DNA of 64,000 bases from Nitrospirota bacterium (GCA_963790205.1 CAWBNQ010000001.1:928001-992000); one strand, 5' to 3'. Shown: positions 1 through 10,605, numbered from the stretch's first letter. Numbers and translations: made by a program. The notes: generated by a model from the letters alone, not told the origin.

Positions 1-523
1 ACTTGATGAGGTTGATGAGGTCCCAGAAATTCCGGCGCGACTGCGGGTCCAGCCCGGTCGTGGGCTCGTCGAGAAAGAGCACCTCCGGGTCGTTGATGAT
101 CGCCAGGGCCATCAAAAGCCTCTGCCGCTGGCCCCCTGAAAGCTTTCGCGTGTCGCGGTCGAGGAACTCCTCGAGCGCGCAGAGGCGGATGACCTCGTCC
201 AGGCCCAGGGTCCGGGGATAGAAGTTCCTGAACAGCCGCAGGGTCTCCCGTACGGTCAGAAATTCCTGGAGCGAGGTGACCTGGAACTGGATGCCCGCCT
301 CTTTCCTGAAGCGGGCGCCCACGGGCGCTCCCTTGTAGAGCGTGCCGCCGGAGTCCGGCGGCCGGATCCCTTCGACGATCTCGATGAGCGTGGTCTTGCC
401 GGCGCCGTTCGGGCCGAGCAGACCGAAACAGATGCCCTGCTCGATCGTCAGGCTCACGTTGTCCACGGCCTTGACGCCGGGGAACGTCTTGACCAGGTCC
501 TTTACTTCGATAACAGGCGCCAT
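1..523 (-). CDS. ABC transporter ATP-binding protein (ABC-2/drug exporter type), 3' end runs off the window
   Basis: Manual minus-strand translation from ATG 523: MAPVIEVKDLVKTFPGVKAVDNVSLTIEQGICFGLLGPNGAGKTT (Walker A), LSGGQRQRL signature, VLFLDEPTTGLD Walker B. Absent from the ORF track because no stop codon lies in the window. Confidence 0.92.
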   Translation of the reverse strand, partial: MAPVIEVKDLVKTFPGVKAVDNVSLTIEQGICFGLLGPNGAGKTTLIEIVEGIRPPDSGGTLYKGAPVGARFRKEAGIQFQVTSLQEFLTVRETLRLFRNFYPRTLGLDEVIRLCALEEFLDRDTRKLSGGQRQRLLMALAIINDPEVLFLDEPTTGLDPQSRRNFWDLINLIK

Positions 524-529
524 GAACTC

Positions 530-558
530 AAAGTACCATGGGGGGGCCTCTCTGTCAA
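530..558 (-). promoter_or_regulatory. sigma70-type promoter of the ABC ATPase gene, leaderless geometry
   Basis: Minus strand TTGACA-17 nt-TACTTT-6 nt-ATG; no Shine-Dalgarno. Confidence 0.7.
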
Positions 559-611
559 GGGAACGAAGTAAGGATCGTGCGAACAAGGACGGACGCCCCT
601 GATGGTTTCAC

Positions 612-640
612 TTGAGTCAGAATGGATATTCGTGTAAAGT
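612..640 (+). promoter_or_regulatory. sigma70-type promoter of arfB, leaderless geometry
   Basis: TTGAGT-17 nt-TAAAGT-6 nt-ATG(647); no SD. Confidence 0.6.
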
Positions 641-646
641 ATCCTC

Positions 647-1066
647 ATGATCCCGATAGCGAAAAATATATCTCTTAATGAGAGCGAGATCGAGCTCCGC
701 TTCGTCCGCGCTTCGGGGCCGGGCGGGCAGAACGTGAACAAGGTGTCCACGGCCGTCCAGCTCCGCTTCGATGTGGGGAATTCCCCCTCGCTCCCCGGGG
801 ACGTGCGCACGCGCCTCATCCGCCTGGCAGGCAGGCGCATCACCCAGGACGGCATCCTCCTCATCGAAGCCCGCCAGTTCCGCACCCAGGAGCGGAACCG
901 CGAGGACGCAATCGAGCGTCTCGTGGAGCTGATCCGCCAGGCCACGCAGCGGCCCAAGCCGCGGAAAAAGACGAAGCCGTCCCGGGCGGCAAAGGAACGC
1001 CGGATCGAGGGCAAGAAGCAGAGAGGCAAGGTCAAGCAGATGCGGGGAGCGGCGAATCCGGATTGA
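647..1066 (+). CDS. arfB: alternative ribosome rescue peptidyl-tRNA hydrolase ArfB
   Basis: RASGPGGQNVNKVSTAV GGQ motif, RTQERNREDA, basic tail PKPRKKTKPSRAAKERR. Confidence 0.95.
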   Translation: MIPIAKNISLNESEIELRFVRASGPGGQNVNKVSTAVQLRFDVGNSPSLPGDVRTRLIRLAGRRITQDGILLIEARQFRTQERNREDAIERLVELIRQATQRPKPRKKTKPSRAAKERRIEGKKQRGKVKQMRGAANPD

Positions 1067-1387
1067 TCCTTCTGCAAAGATTACATCATGATCGTGATTT
1101 TTTTTGGGTAGTTCGTCGCACCGTTGTGTGGACGTGCGTGGGTTGGGCAGAGCTTCAAGCTTTTGCTTTTCCAGAGGCCCCTGCATCCCGCGAACAGGGA
1201 CGCGCATTACATGCCCGGCAGAGAAGCCCGGTGAACCAAAATCACGCATGCGCGTGCGAAGCGTAAGCGCTCATGGGCTGACGTATCGACAAGTAAAGAC
1301 AGAAGACACCCTTGCATGTCTGCGCGGACCCGTGAGCGACGGTGCAGAAAAAATAAAAGGATCGTGAGCTTCCTGAAGGAGTATTTT

Positions 1388-2071
1388 TTGGCCCAGCCGT
1401 GGCAGACAATAGACAAGGCGGACACCGCTGACGGCGCGCTCGAACTGCGAAAGCGGGGCGAGCGGGACTTCCTGATCCTTATCAACAACCGCGTGCTCAT
1501 GAACAGCAGCGCGAACCGGTCCGAGCTTGCTCTTGGCGAGCTTGCCTGCCGGGAGGTCGCCGCCCGTCCGCGGCCTCGTGTGCTCATCGGCGGCCTGGGC
1601 ATGGGGCTGACCCTGCGGGCTGCCCTCGATTCACTTCCCGCGACCGCGCAGGTCGTTGTTGCCGAGATCAACCCTGTTGTCGTCACGTGGTGCCGCGGAC
1701 CCCTCGCGGAACTGAGCAGAAAAGCAGCGGACGATCCCCGGGTCCTGGTCGTTAATGATGATGTTGTTGCCGTGATCGCAAAGGCGGGGCCGGGAGGGGA
1801 GCGTTATGACGCCATCATCATCGACCTTTACGAAGGACCGCATGCCGGCACGGACGCATCGAATGATCCGTTCTATGGAAGCCGCGCTTTGAAGAAGACG
1901 GTTGCAGCCCTTTCTTCGGGCGGCGTTTTTGCCGTATGGGGTGAGGCACCTGACGCTGTTTTTGAAAAGCGCCTGAGAACTGCGGGATTTACGGTTACTG
2001 CGCAGCGCCCGGGCAGGGGCGGGTTACGGCATGTGGTGTATGTGGCGCGGATACCGGCTGCCAGGCCGTAA
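1388..2071 (+). CDS. spermidine-synthase-like SAM-dependent methyltransferase-fold protein
   Basis: VLIGGLGMGLTL, VVVAEINP, YDAIIIDLYEGP; probable TTG start at 1388 after GAAGGAG. Confidence 0.8.
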   Translation: MAQPWQTIDKADTADGALELRKRGERDFLILINNRVLMNSSANRSELALGELACREVAARPRPRVLIGGLGMGLTLRAALDSLPATAQVVVAEINPVVVTWCRGPLAELSRKAADDPRVLVVNDDVVAVIAKAGPGGERYDAIIIDLYEGPHAGTDASNDPFYGSRALKKTVAALSSGGVFAVWGEAPDAVFEKRLRTAGFTVTAQRPGRGGLRHVVYVARIPAARP

Positions 2072-2143
2072 AAAAGGAAAAAGGTTATTAGTGATTACGG
2101 GTAACGTTAAGGATCCTGCCTCTTCCCATTCGACCAATGCGCA

Positions 2144-2349
2144 TTACGCCTGTAATGATTTGATACGGATATAAAAATTGCATAACTTGCAATCACCGAT
2201 CTTTTTTGCCATCACGCCCTGAACCGTTCCTCCGCACAGGGCTCCCGCAACGCGCCAGCATGATCTCCCCGCGTTCCGCGTAAAAGCCGAACACGTGTGC
2301 CGCCGTTCCTCAGGGCACGTATAAAACGCCAGCAATTCAGGCGTCGCAT
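2144..2349 (-). pseudogene. small two-CW-type Cys-rich protein with one frameshift (possibly an assembly error)
   Basis: GAGG then ATG 2349 gives MRRLNCW; after a 1-nt shift it continues FYTCPEERRHTCSAF..GRSCWRVAGALCGGTVQG..CKLCNFY. Confidence 0.65.
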
Positions 2350-2575
2350 GCGGCGTACCTCGTTTCACCGTTTGTTAAAGAACCACCAGTATTTAATTCC
2401 GCTTCCGCACTCAATTCAATACTCCAGTCAGAGTATTTTGCCGGTACTGATATTTCCTCCATGATGTGTGCGTCAGGGTCTGCCGTTGCCGGGAAAACCA
2501 CGATTTCGGTTGCAATCCGGCACGGCCCGGAGTACATTGGCCGATGCGAAAAGTCAGGCGCGAACGAGGTAATGC

Positions 2576-4472
2576 ATGGCATTAGTCAGTTTACAGAGTG
2601 TGAACGTCAGCTTCGGCGGGCCGCTTCTGCTCGAAGGGGTTGATCTCTCCATCGACCGCGGCGAGCGCGTTTGTCTTGTCGGCAGGAACGGCACGGGAAA
2701 GTCCACGATCATGCGGCTCATCACCGGCGAGGTGAAGCCCGATGCCGGCAAGATCGTTTTTCAGCAGGGCGTGAAGATCACGCTCCTCACCCAGGAGGTC
2801 CCCCAGGCGCTTTTCGGCAGCGTGTTCGACATCGTCTCAAGCGCGTTCGGCGAGCAGGGGAAACTTCTCGCCGCGTACCACCACGTGAGCGGCAAGCTGG
2901 CCCATGAGCACAGCGAGAAGCTGATGGCCGAACTCGAAGATGTGCAGCACAGGTTCGAGGCGGCCGGCGGCTGGCAGATGCAGCAGCGGGTCGAGACCAT
3001 CCTGACGCGGCTGTCAGCTTCCCGAGGACGCGGAGTTCTCCGAGCTCTCGGGCGGGCTCAAGCGGCGCGTCCTGCTCGCAAAGGCCCTGGCAAGCGAGCC
3101 GGACCTTTTGCTCCTTGATGAACCGACGAACCATCTTGACATCGATTCCATAGCCTGGCTCGAAGAATTTTTGCTGTCCTTCGGCGGAACGCTGCTGTTC
3201 GTGACCCACGACCGGGCGCTGCTCCAGAAGCTCGCGACCAGGATCATCGATCTCGACCGCGGCAGGCTCACGAGCTGGCCCGGGAGCTACCAGGCCTATC
3301 TCGAGCTCAAACAGGCCGCGCTCGACGCCGAGGCAACGGAGAACGCGAAGTTCGACAAGAAGCTTGCCGCTGAAGAGGTCTGGATCCGGCAGGGGGTCAA
3401 GGCGCGTCGGACGCGGAACGAAGGCCGGGTGCGCGCGCTCAAGGAACTCAGGAGGACCAGGAGCGAGCGGCGGGAGGTGACGGGCACGGCGCGGATGCAG
3501 ATGCAGGAAACGGAGCGCACCGGCAAACTCGTGATCGAGGCGGCCAAGGTAAGCCACAGTTACAATGGACAGCCGGTCATCCGCGATTTTTCCACGACCA
3601 TTATCCGCGGCGACAAGGTAGGCATCATCGGGCCGAACGGTTCGGGCAAGACCACGCTGCTCAAAATCCTGCTCGGCGAGCTGAAACCTCAAAAGGGGAT
3701 CGTGAAGCACGGCACCAATCTCGAAGTGGCTTACCTCGACCAGCACCGGGAGCAGCTCGATGATGAAAAGACCGTGCAGGACAACGTCGCCTATGGCAGC
3801 GATCACGTGACCATCAACGGCAACCGGCGGCATGTGATCGGTTATCTCCAGGATTTTCTGTTCTCTCCCGCGCGCGCGCGCAGTCCCGTGAAGGTTCTCT
3901 CCGGCGGAGAACGGAACCGGCTGCTTCTCGCCAAGCTCTTTACCAAACCTTCGAACGTGCTCGTGCTCGACGAGCCCACGAACGACCTCGATATCGAGAC
4001 CCTCGACCTGCTTGAGGAGCTTTTGATGGACTATCCCGGCACCGTGCTCCTCGTGAGCCATGACCGGGCGTTCATCAACAACGTGGTCACGAGCACGCTG
4101 GCGCTTGAAGGCGAAGGCAGCGTGAATGAATATGTCGGGGGGTATGACGACTGGCTGCGCCAGGGTAAGCGAAAGAACGAGACTCCGGCCGTACAGGTCA
4201 AACCTGAAGAGAAAAAGGAAACGCCCGCTCCATCAAAAGAGAAGCCGCGCAAGCTGACCTTTAAGGAGCAGAAGGAGCTTGATATCCTGCCGAAGCGCAT
4301 CGAAGAGCTCGAAGCGGAACAACAGCAGCTCCAGGCGACCATGGCTGCCCCGGCCTTTTATCGCGAAAGCGGAAAAAAGGTCACTGAGTACAAGGCGCGG
4401 CTTGTGGTATTGGAGAAAGAACTGGCTGAAGTGTATAAGCGATGGGATGAGCTTGAGGCGCTGAAGGGATAA
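2576..4472 (+). pseudogene. uup: ABC-F family ATPase (Uup-like), split by a +1 frameshift near 3014 (possibly an assembly error)
   Basis: GRNGTGKST; removing one base near 3014 restores LTRLQLPEDAEFSELSGGLKRRVLLAKAL..LLLDEPTNHLD; WIRQGVKARRTRNEGRVRAL; second NBD GPNGSGKTT, LSGGERNRL; C-terminal RKLTFKEQKEL. Confidence 0.9.
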
Positions 4473-4503
4473 ATATTTATGGAGACGACGGCGTTTCCAA
4501 GCG

Positions 4504-4643
4504 TTCCCGCGTCTCCATGCGGATGAAAAAAATACACCGGCACGGGCCTCGGCATCGCCATCCACAAAAAAATCGTGGAGCGGCACGGAGGCCGCATTCG
4601 GGTTCATCCCGCACTGGCCTGGGCGCTACGTTTTATTTCACGA
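4504..4643 (+). pseudogene. remnant of a histidine kinase HATPase_c C-terminus
   Basis: FPRLHADEK / YTGTGLGIAIHKKIVERHGGRIRV / GLGATFYFT read across frameshifts; no start or N-terminal part. Confidence 0.75.
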
Positions 4644-4686
4644 CCTCATGCACCCGGTTACGTGCCGCGCCCGTAAAGACCGTATC

Positions 4687-4872
4687 TCAGTCCGTTTTCC
4701 TGTCGGTCGTAATGATGATTTTCCCGTCGGTTTCAGCCTGGCGATACAGGGGGCACATCTTGTGTTGGTCCCGCCTGCAGAATTCATCCAGTTCGAACAT
4801 GCTTGGGATGTAGCTCTCCTTGACAGCAGTGCAGCAGATCATATATTTACCCTTTAGGAGCATACATTTCAT
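4687..4872 (-). CDS. small Cys-rich hypothetical protein
   Basis: GGGGAGA RBS then MKCMLLKGKYMICCTAVKESYIPSMFELDEFCRRDQHKMCPLY; follows the chemoreceptor on the same strand. Confidence 0.65.
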   Translation of the reverse strand: MKCMLLKGKYMICCTAVKESYIPSMFELDEFCRRDQHKMCPLYRQAETDGKIIITTDRKTD

Positions 4873-4964
4873 GGTTGTCTCCCCCATGCGCCTGGCAGAA
4901 TCAAGAGGCGAAAAAATGTATTCTTATCCCGGGCCTGGTCCGCAGTCCTGGCCCTCCTCGTTTA

Positions 4965-6864
4965 TTAAAACCGTTCAAAGTCCGCATCGTTATTACCATT
5001 GCCGTTGTTACCGTCGGCGCCACTATCGCTCATATTCAGGGCCACGCCGGCGGGTTTAAAACGCGCCCGCGTTAAAACGGGTTTCCGCGCTTTCGCGCCC
5101 CCGTGGGCGACGAGAGCGGTCTGGATCTTGCGGACAGGTTTGCCGGGATTTTGTTTTTCTTCTGTCAATGGCTTTGCCGCTTTTCGATCGATATCGGCAA
5201 CCTTAAAGAATGAAATCGTGCCCTGGAGCTGTTCGGCTTGTGATGAAAGTTCCTCGGCTGTCGATGCCATTTCCTCCGCCCCTCCGGCGTTGTGCTGAAT
5301 CACCTGATTCAGCTGCTGGATAGCGGCATCGATCTGGTTGGAGCCGCTCGCCTGCTCTTTGCTTGCCGCACTGATCTCCTGCACCAGTTCCGCGGTCTTG
5401 TGAATGTCCGGCACGAGCTTGGAGAGCATGGAGCCCGCCCGCTCTGCTATCTCGACGCTCGTGGTCGACAGCTTGCCGATCTCACCGGCAGCCGCCTGGC
5501 TTCTCTCCGCAAGTTTCCTCACCTCCGACGCGACAACGGCAAAACCTTTACCGTGTTCGCCGGCCCGTGCCGCCTCGATGGCGGCATTCAGCGCCAGAAG
5601 GTTCGTCTGGCGCGCAATCTCTTCAATGATCGAAATCTTTCCCGCGATGTCCTTCATGGCGGCCACGGCCTCGATCACGGCCTTCCCGCTCTCCGTGGCA
5701 TCCGCCGACGACTGGATCGCGATCTTCTCTGTCTGGAAGGCATTGTCGGCATTCTGTTTGATCGTTGCGTTCATCTCCTCGATGGACGAAGACGCCTGCT
5801 CGGCGGCCGCGGCCTGCTCGGTCGTGCCCTGGGAGAGCTGCTCGGAACCGGCTGATAACTGCTGGCTCCCGGAGGCCACGTTGTCGGCCGCATCCTGTAC
5901 GGAGGTGACGATGTCCTTCAACTGTATGACGGTTTTATTGACTGTTTCGACCAAAAGCCCTATCTCGTCATCACGCTCAGCCTGCAACTCGATCGTCAGG
6001 TCGCCGTTGCTCAGCCTGCCCAGATTTTCCACGAGCATGTTTACCTGTCGTTCGAGGTACTCTTTCTGCTCGACGGCATCCTTCTGCAGGCGCTTCACCT
6101 CACTGATGTCGATGATGACCTCCATCCCGCCGTAGGGTGTGCCGTCCTCGTTCAGGAGCGCCGAGCATGCCGCCTGAATATGAAATTTCCGGCCGTCGCG
6201 CGTCTCGGCCGTGGTCTCGCCGACGATGTTTTCTCCGCTCCGCATGCAGTTCTTCAGGGTGCAGTTCGCCGTGCCGCACAAAGGGGTCTTCGACAGGTGC
6301 GCGCAGGTCATTTTCCCGACCACTTCGTCCCGGTTGTATCCCATGAACTTCAAGGCGGCATCGTTGACGGAGGTGACGACCAGGTTTTTATCCACGACGA
6401 ACATCGGCGCAGCAATAGAGGCAAGGATATTCTCCGTTTCCCGTCTGGCCCGCACCACTTCCGTCTGGTCGCTGATCACCTCAATGCCGCCCTGTATGTT
6501 TCCCTGCGGGTCCACAATAGGCGAACAGGCGGCCCTGATTGGGAACTTTCTTCCGTCCCTGGTTTGCGCGATGCGTGTCTCCGACGATCGTCTCACCGGT
6601 ACGCATGCAGTTCTTGAGGGTGCAGCTAGCTGTGCCGCACAAGAGCGTTTTTTGAAACTCGGCACAGGTCATCTTCCCCACCACTTCGTCGCGGTGGTAG
6701 CCCATTGTTTTAAGGGCGGCATCATTGACGGAGGTGATGATCAGATTCCTGTCCACCACCACCATCGGCGCGGCGATAGAAGCAAGCTCGTTTTTTAATA
6801 CGGTTATAGAACCTTGCAATCTGGCATTTTCCTCAAGTACATCCTTTTTTAAGAATTCAAACAT
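4965..6864 (-). pseudogene. soluble methyl-accepting chemotaxis protein with two Cys-rich PAS domains, HAMP and MA domain; one frameshift near 6575 (possibly an assembly error)
   Basis: [40 protein letters not shown] signature; N-terminal part (MFEFLKKD..., ATG 6864) is in another frame and joins at [16 protein letters not shown]; no TM segment. Confidence 0.9.
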
Positions 6865-7416
6865 GGTATACCCCCTTTTGAGAAATCCCCATTGGCTACA
6901 GGAAAGTACGATTTGCTGATCATAACTGAAGCATTTTGAACTCATCAGAGGACGCCAGCCGTGTATAGTGCCAAAGCCTGAAGCGGTCCTTGCGTCATCA
7001 TAATGGGATAATGAGCATCGTTGCTCACCTTAACTATCATCGGCTGTGGATTATTCCTCTCATGAGAAAAAATCAGGTGTTAAAAAAACTGTTTCATGTC
7101 CGGATGCGCCTGGTTTTTTACTGCAGATAGATACAAACAATATAAATAAATGTTTAATTATTATTCAATATAAAGATATAATTTGCATTATTTATGCCCG
7201 AAATACATTTAAATGCATTCTTTTAAATATCAATTGGTTATTTTATAGTGTTTTATGTGTATTGATTGGAAAGGCTACACAGACGGAATTTTGACACCAA
7301 AACAATGGCAGTAATATATACGAGGCTTATGGAAGGACAGGGTTCTGCGGTTGGGTGCCGGGTATCTCCGCCGCACCAGTTTTTTCTAGCAATAAATATC
7401 TTACAACTTGAACTTA

Positions 7417-8424
7417 TTAAGAGATTGGAGGGGCGCAGCACGTTTGAGAAGTTACTGCAATGGAGAGACTGCCGAAATAACCCCGGATTTCCTGCTCCAC
7501 GTTTTCAGCCAGCGGGAGATGATTAATTCTCGTCCGAAATTCCGCACCGCCCGGCAGGCCTTTCGTGTACCAGCAGAGGTGCTTGCGCATCTCGCGCACG
7601 CCGATATTTTCTCCCAGCACAGTAACCATATCATTCAGATGCCGGAGCATGACGGCTTGCCGTTCCTCGAGTGTCGGAGGGGCAGGCACAACGCCCGTCT
7701 CAAGGTACTGCTTCGCCTCGCGGAAGATCCAGGGGTTGCCCTGGACCGCCCTTCCAATCATGACGCCGTCGCAGCCGGTCTCGTCCTTCATCCGTTTTGC
7801 ATCCTGCGCTGTACGCACATCGCCGTTCCCGATCACCGGAATGGCGACGGATTTTTTTACAACCTTGATCATGCCCCAGTCCGCCTGGCCCGAGAAGCCC
7901 TGTGCCTTCGTCCTGCCGTGCACAGTCACCGCGACGATACCGACGGCTTCAGCCGCCTGGGCGAGATCCACGGCAACGATACTTTTTGCATCCCAGCCAA
8001 GGCGGATCTTTATTGTCACGGGAACCTTCGAATATTGCACAACCGCGGACATGATGTCTTTTGCGAGCCCGATATCGCGAAGCAGCGCCGAACCAGCGCC
8101 GGACTTCAGGATCTTCGGCACGGGACAGCCCATATTGATGTCGATGAAATCCACTTCTCCCTGCGACACGATATGCGCAGCTTCGGCCATGGACGCGGGC
8201 TTAGAGCCGAATATCTGGAACACCACCGGCCGCTCTGCCGGGTCCGTATGGAGCATGCCGTGGGTACGCTTATGCTCCCGGATCAGCGCCTCGACGCTCA
8301 CCATCTCGGAGAATACGAGCCCGGCCCCGAGGTCCCTGCAGATCATGCGGAAGGGGAAATCAGTTATCCCCGCCATGGGGGCGAGCACGAGGGGGGCCGT
8401 TTTGAGAAGGTCGCCGATATTCAC
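7417..8424 (-). CDS. dusB: tRNA-dihydrouridine synthase DusB
   Basis: LAPMAGITDFPFR, IDINMGCPVPK, VTVHGRT, IGNGDV, VMIGRA, MRKHLCWY; GTG start at 8424. Confidence 0.93.
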   Translation of the reverse strand: MNIGDLLKTAPLVLAPMAGITDFPFRMICRDLGAGLVFSEMVSVEALIREHKRTHGMLHTDPAERPVVFQIFGSKPASMAEAAHIVSQGEVDFIDINMGCPVPKILKSGAGSALLRDIGLAKDIMSAVVQYSKVPVTIKIRLGWDAKSIVAVDLAQAAEAVGIVAVTVHGRTKAQGFSGQADWGMIKVVKKSVAIPVIGNGDVRTAQDAKRMKDETGCDGVMIGRAVQGNPWIFREAKQYLETGVVPAPPTLEERQAVMLRHLNDMVTVLGENIGVREMRKHLCWYTKGLPGGAEFRTRINHLPLAENVEQEIRGYFGSLSIAVTSQTCCAPPIS

Positions 8425-8430
8425 GAGGGC

Positions 8431-8459
8431 ATTATAAGGGATTTTGCGAAGACTTCCAA
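8431..8459 (-). promoter_or_regulatory. sigma70-type promoter of dusB, leaderless geometry
   Basis: Minus strand TTGGAA-17 nt-TATAAT-6 nt-GTG. Confidence 0.7.
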
Positions 8460-8787
8460 GGATGAAAAGAGGCCGCAAGAAGAAATATCCGCTGTTCCAG
8501 CAATGCCTTGACCGGCAGCTGGTCCCTTCCCGGTCCAAATGAATTAAACGGCCCCATCACTTTGGCGGTGCGGAATGATAAAATCTGCTCCGATGCGACG
8601 CAAACCCGAGGAGGAACTGCTGCAGGTTCAAGGAAAATCAGGTGAGTTTCCCCGCTGGGACCGGATGCCGACGGTCGTGCTCGGTTTCCTAAAAAAAAGC
8701 CTGTTAGCGGCCCGGCTACCCGCTGATTTTCATCGCTTGGATGCACCGGGGGAAATCCCGCCGAATCTCATGGACAGGAGAAAATCC

Positions 8788-8816
8788 TTGACAATAAGGG
8801 GCTTATCTTATATATT
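8788..8816 (+). promoter_or_regulatory. sigma70-type promoter of the ffh operon
   Basis: TTGACA-17 nt-TATATT, about 30 nt upstream of the ffh ATG. Confidence 0.7.
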
Positions 8817-8846
8817 CTATATTCTTTGCCAAACGGGTGCCTTCGT

Positions 8847-10181
8847 ATGTTCGACTCCCTGACGGGTAAATTAGAGTCTGTTTTCAAGAAGCTTCGCGGC
8901 AGGGGCGTCCTCAAGGAGGATGATGTCAAAGAGGCCATGCGCGAGGTGCGCCTGGCTCTGCTTGAGGCCGATGTAAACTTCAAGGTCGTCAAGGACTTCG
9001 TCGGCCGGGTCCAGGAGCGGGCCGTCGGGCAGGAAATCCTTTCGAGCCTCACCCCGGGCCAGCAGGTCATCAAGATCGTGCACGAAGAACTCGTGGCGCT
9101 TCTCGGCGGCACCCAGGCGAAGCTCCACCTGGCGCCCAACCCGCCTACCGTTATTATGATGGTGGGATTGCAGGGCTCGGGCAAGACCACTACCGCGGGC
9201 AAGCTCGCGAAGTCCTTTAAGAAAGACGGCAGGCGGGTCATGCTCGTACCGGCTGATACGCGAAGACCGGCCGCAATCCAGCAACTTGTCACTCTCGCGA
9301 AGCAGGTCGGGGTTGACGCCTATTCGTCGGACGAGAAGGACCCGGTTACCATCTGCCGCGGGGCGGTGAAACAAGCGGCTTCGTCCTTGTACGAGGTCGT
9401 GATCCTCGATACCGCGGGCAGGCTCCAGATCGACGAGCCGCTCATGGAAGAGCTCCGGCAGATCAAGGCCGGGGTACAGCCGCACGAGACGTTGTTCGTG
9501 GCCGATGCCATGACGGGCCAGGAAGCCGTTCACATCGCGGAGAAGTTCAATTCTTCTCTCGGGTTCGACGGCGTCGTTCTTACAAAACTCGACGGCGACG
9601 CCCGGGGCGGCGCTGCGCTCTCCGTCAGGGCTGTTACCGGCAAGCCGCTCAAGTTCGTTGGTATGGGCGAGAAGCTCGATGCCCTCGAGCCGTTCCATCC
9701 GGACCGCATGGCCTCGCGCATCCTGGGCATGGGCGACGTGATGTCGCTCATCGAGAAGGCCCAGGAGACCGTTGACCAGGAAGAAGCGCTTAAGCTCGCG
9801 AAGAAACTCAAGAAGAACTCCTTCGACCTGGAAGACTTCCGCAGCCAGCTGAAGCAGGTGAAGAAGCTCGGCGGGCTGGAATCGATCATGGGCATGATCC
9901 CCGGGATGGGCAAGATGAAGCTCCCGGATGCGCAGGTCAATGAAAAAGAGCTGACCAAGGTTGACGCGATCATCAGCTCCATGACCCCGAAAGAGCGGGC
10001 CGACTATATGGTCATCAACGGGAGCCGGAGGGCCCGCATCGCCAAGGGAAGCGGCACCCAGGTGCAGGACGTGAACCGGCTCCTGAAGCAGTTCGCCGAG
10101 ATGCGCAAGATGATGAAGGCAATGTCAAGCGGCAAGATGGGGAAGATGGGCAGGATGTTGGGCGGCAGGATGTCGTTTTAG
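8847..10181 (+). CDS. ffh: signal recognition particle protein Ffh
   Basis: ALLEADVN, GLQGSGKTTT, DTAGR, TKLDGDARGGAALS, FHPDRMASRILGMGD, Met-rich M domain. Confidence 0.98.
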   Translation: MFDSLTGKLESVFKKLRGRGVLKEDDVKEAMREVRLALLEADVNFKVVKDFVGRVQERAVGQEILSSLTPGQQVIKIVHEELVALLGGTQAKLHLAPNPPTVIMMVGLQGSGKTTTAGKLAKSFKKDGRRVMLVPADTRRPAAIQQLVTLAKQVGVDAYSSDEKDPVTICRGAVKQAASSLYEVVILDTAGRLQIDEPLMEELRQIKAGVQPHETLFVADAMTGQEAVHIAEKFNSSLGFDGVVLTKLDGDARGGAALSVRAVTGKPLKFVGMGEKLDALEPFHPDRMASRILGMGDVMSLIEKAQETVDQEEALKLAKKLKKNSFDLEDFRSQLKQVKKLGGLESIMGMIPGMGKMKLPDAQVNEKELTKVDAIISSMTPKERADYMVINGSRRARIAKGSGTQVQDVNRLLKQFAEMRKMMKAMSSGKMGKMGRMLGGRMSF

Positions 10182-10182
10182 C

Positions 10183-10314
10183 GACAAGCTCCAAATAACA
10201 AGCACCAAATGACAAATACATTCCAAATCTCAAACATCAAATTACAAACGCGTTGGAAATTGAAATTTGGGATTTGAATATTATTTGGGATTTGTTATTT
10301 GAAGTTTGGAATTT
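10183..10314 (+). repeat. imperfect palindrome built of about 7-nt tandem units (CAAAT/CCAAA arm, TTTG arm), copy A
   Basis: aagctccaaataacaagcaccaaatgacaaa... mirrored by ...atttgggatttgttatttgaagtttggaattt; lies between ffh and rpsP. Confidence 0.85.
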
Positions 10315-10338
10315 TCTTTTAACGAAAGAGGTGAACAC

Positions 10339-10605
10339 ATGGCCGTAAAGATCAGACTTAAAAGAATGGGGACCCACAAGAAGCCGTACTATCGGCTTGT
10401 GGTTGCAGATTCCCGGTCGCCGAGAGACGGCCGCTTCATCGAGATGGTCGGCACCTACGACCCGCTCAAGAAGCCGGCGGAGATCAAGATCGACCAGACC
10501 AAGGCGCTCGACTGGCTCAAGAAGGGCGCGATTCCCTCCGATACGGCGAGGACCCTGCTCTCCAAGGTCGGCATCATGAAGCAGTTCGTCGAAGCGGCGA
10601 AATAA
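10339..10605 (+). CDS. rpsP: 30S ribosomal protein S16
   Basis: [44 protein letters not shown]. Confidence 0.98.
   Translation: MAVKIRLKRMGTHKKPYYRLVVADSRSPRDGRFIEMVGTYDPLKKPAEIKIDQTKALDWLKKGAIPSDTARTLLSKVGIMKQFVEAAK

Noticed and set aside
1063..1367. Short ORFs between arfB and the methyltransferase
   Set aside because: Overlapping ORFs with no motif or RBS support.
3005..3025. Programmed frameshift in uup
   Set aside because: No slippery sequence or stimulatory structure, and neighbouring genes have similar isolated indels.
6930..7040. Possible c-di-GMP riboswitch or sigma54 promoter upstream of the chemoreceptor
   Set aside because: No GGCAAA..GAAA..GACGCAAAG architecture, and the TGGCAC has its GC one base off the required -12 spacing.
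8560..8780. Possible SRP RNA (ffs) upstream of ffh
   Set aside because: The conserved helix-8 motif (CAGG..GGAAG.AGCA) was not found on either strand.
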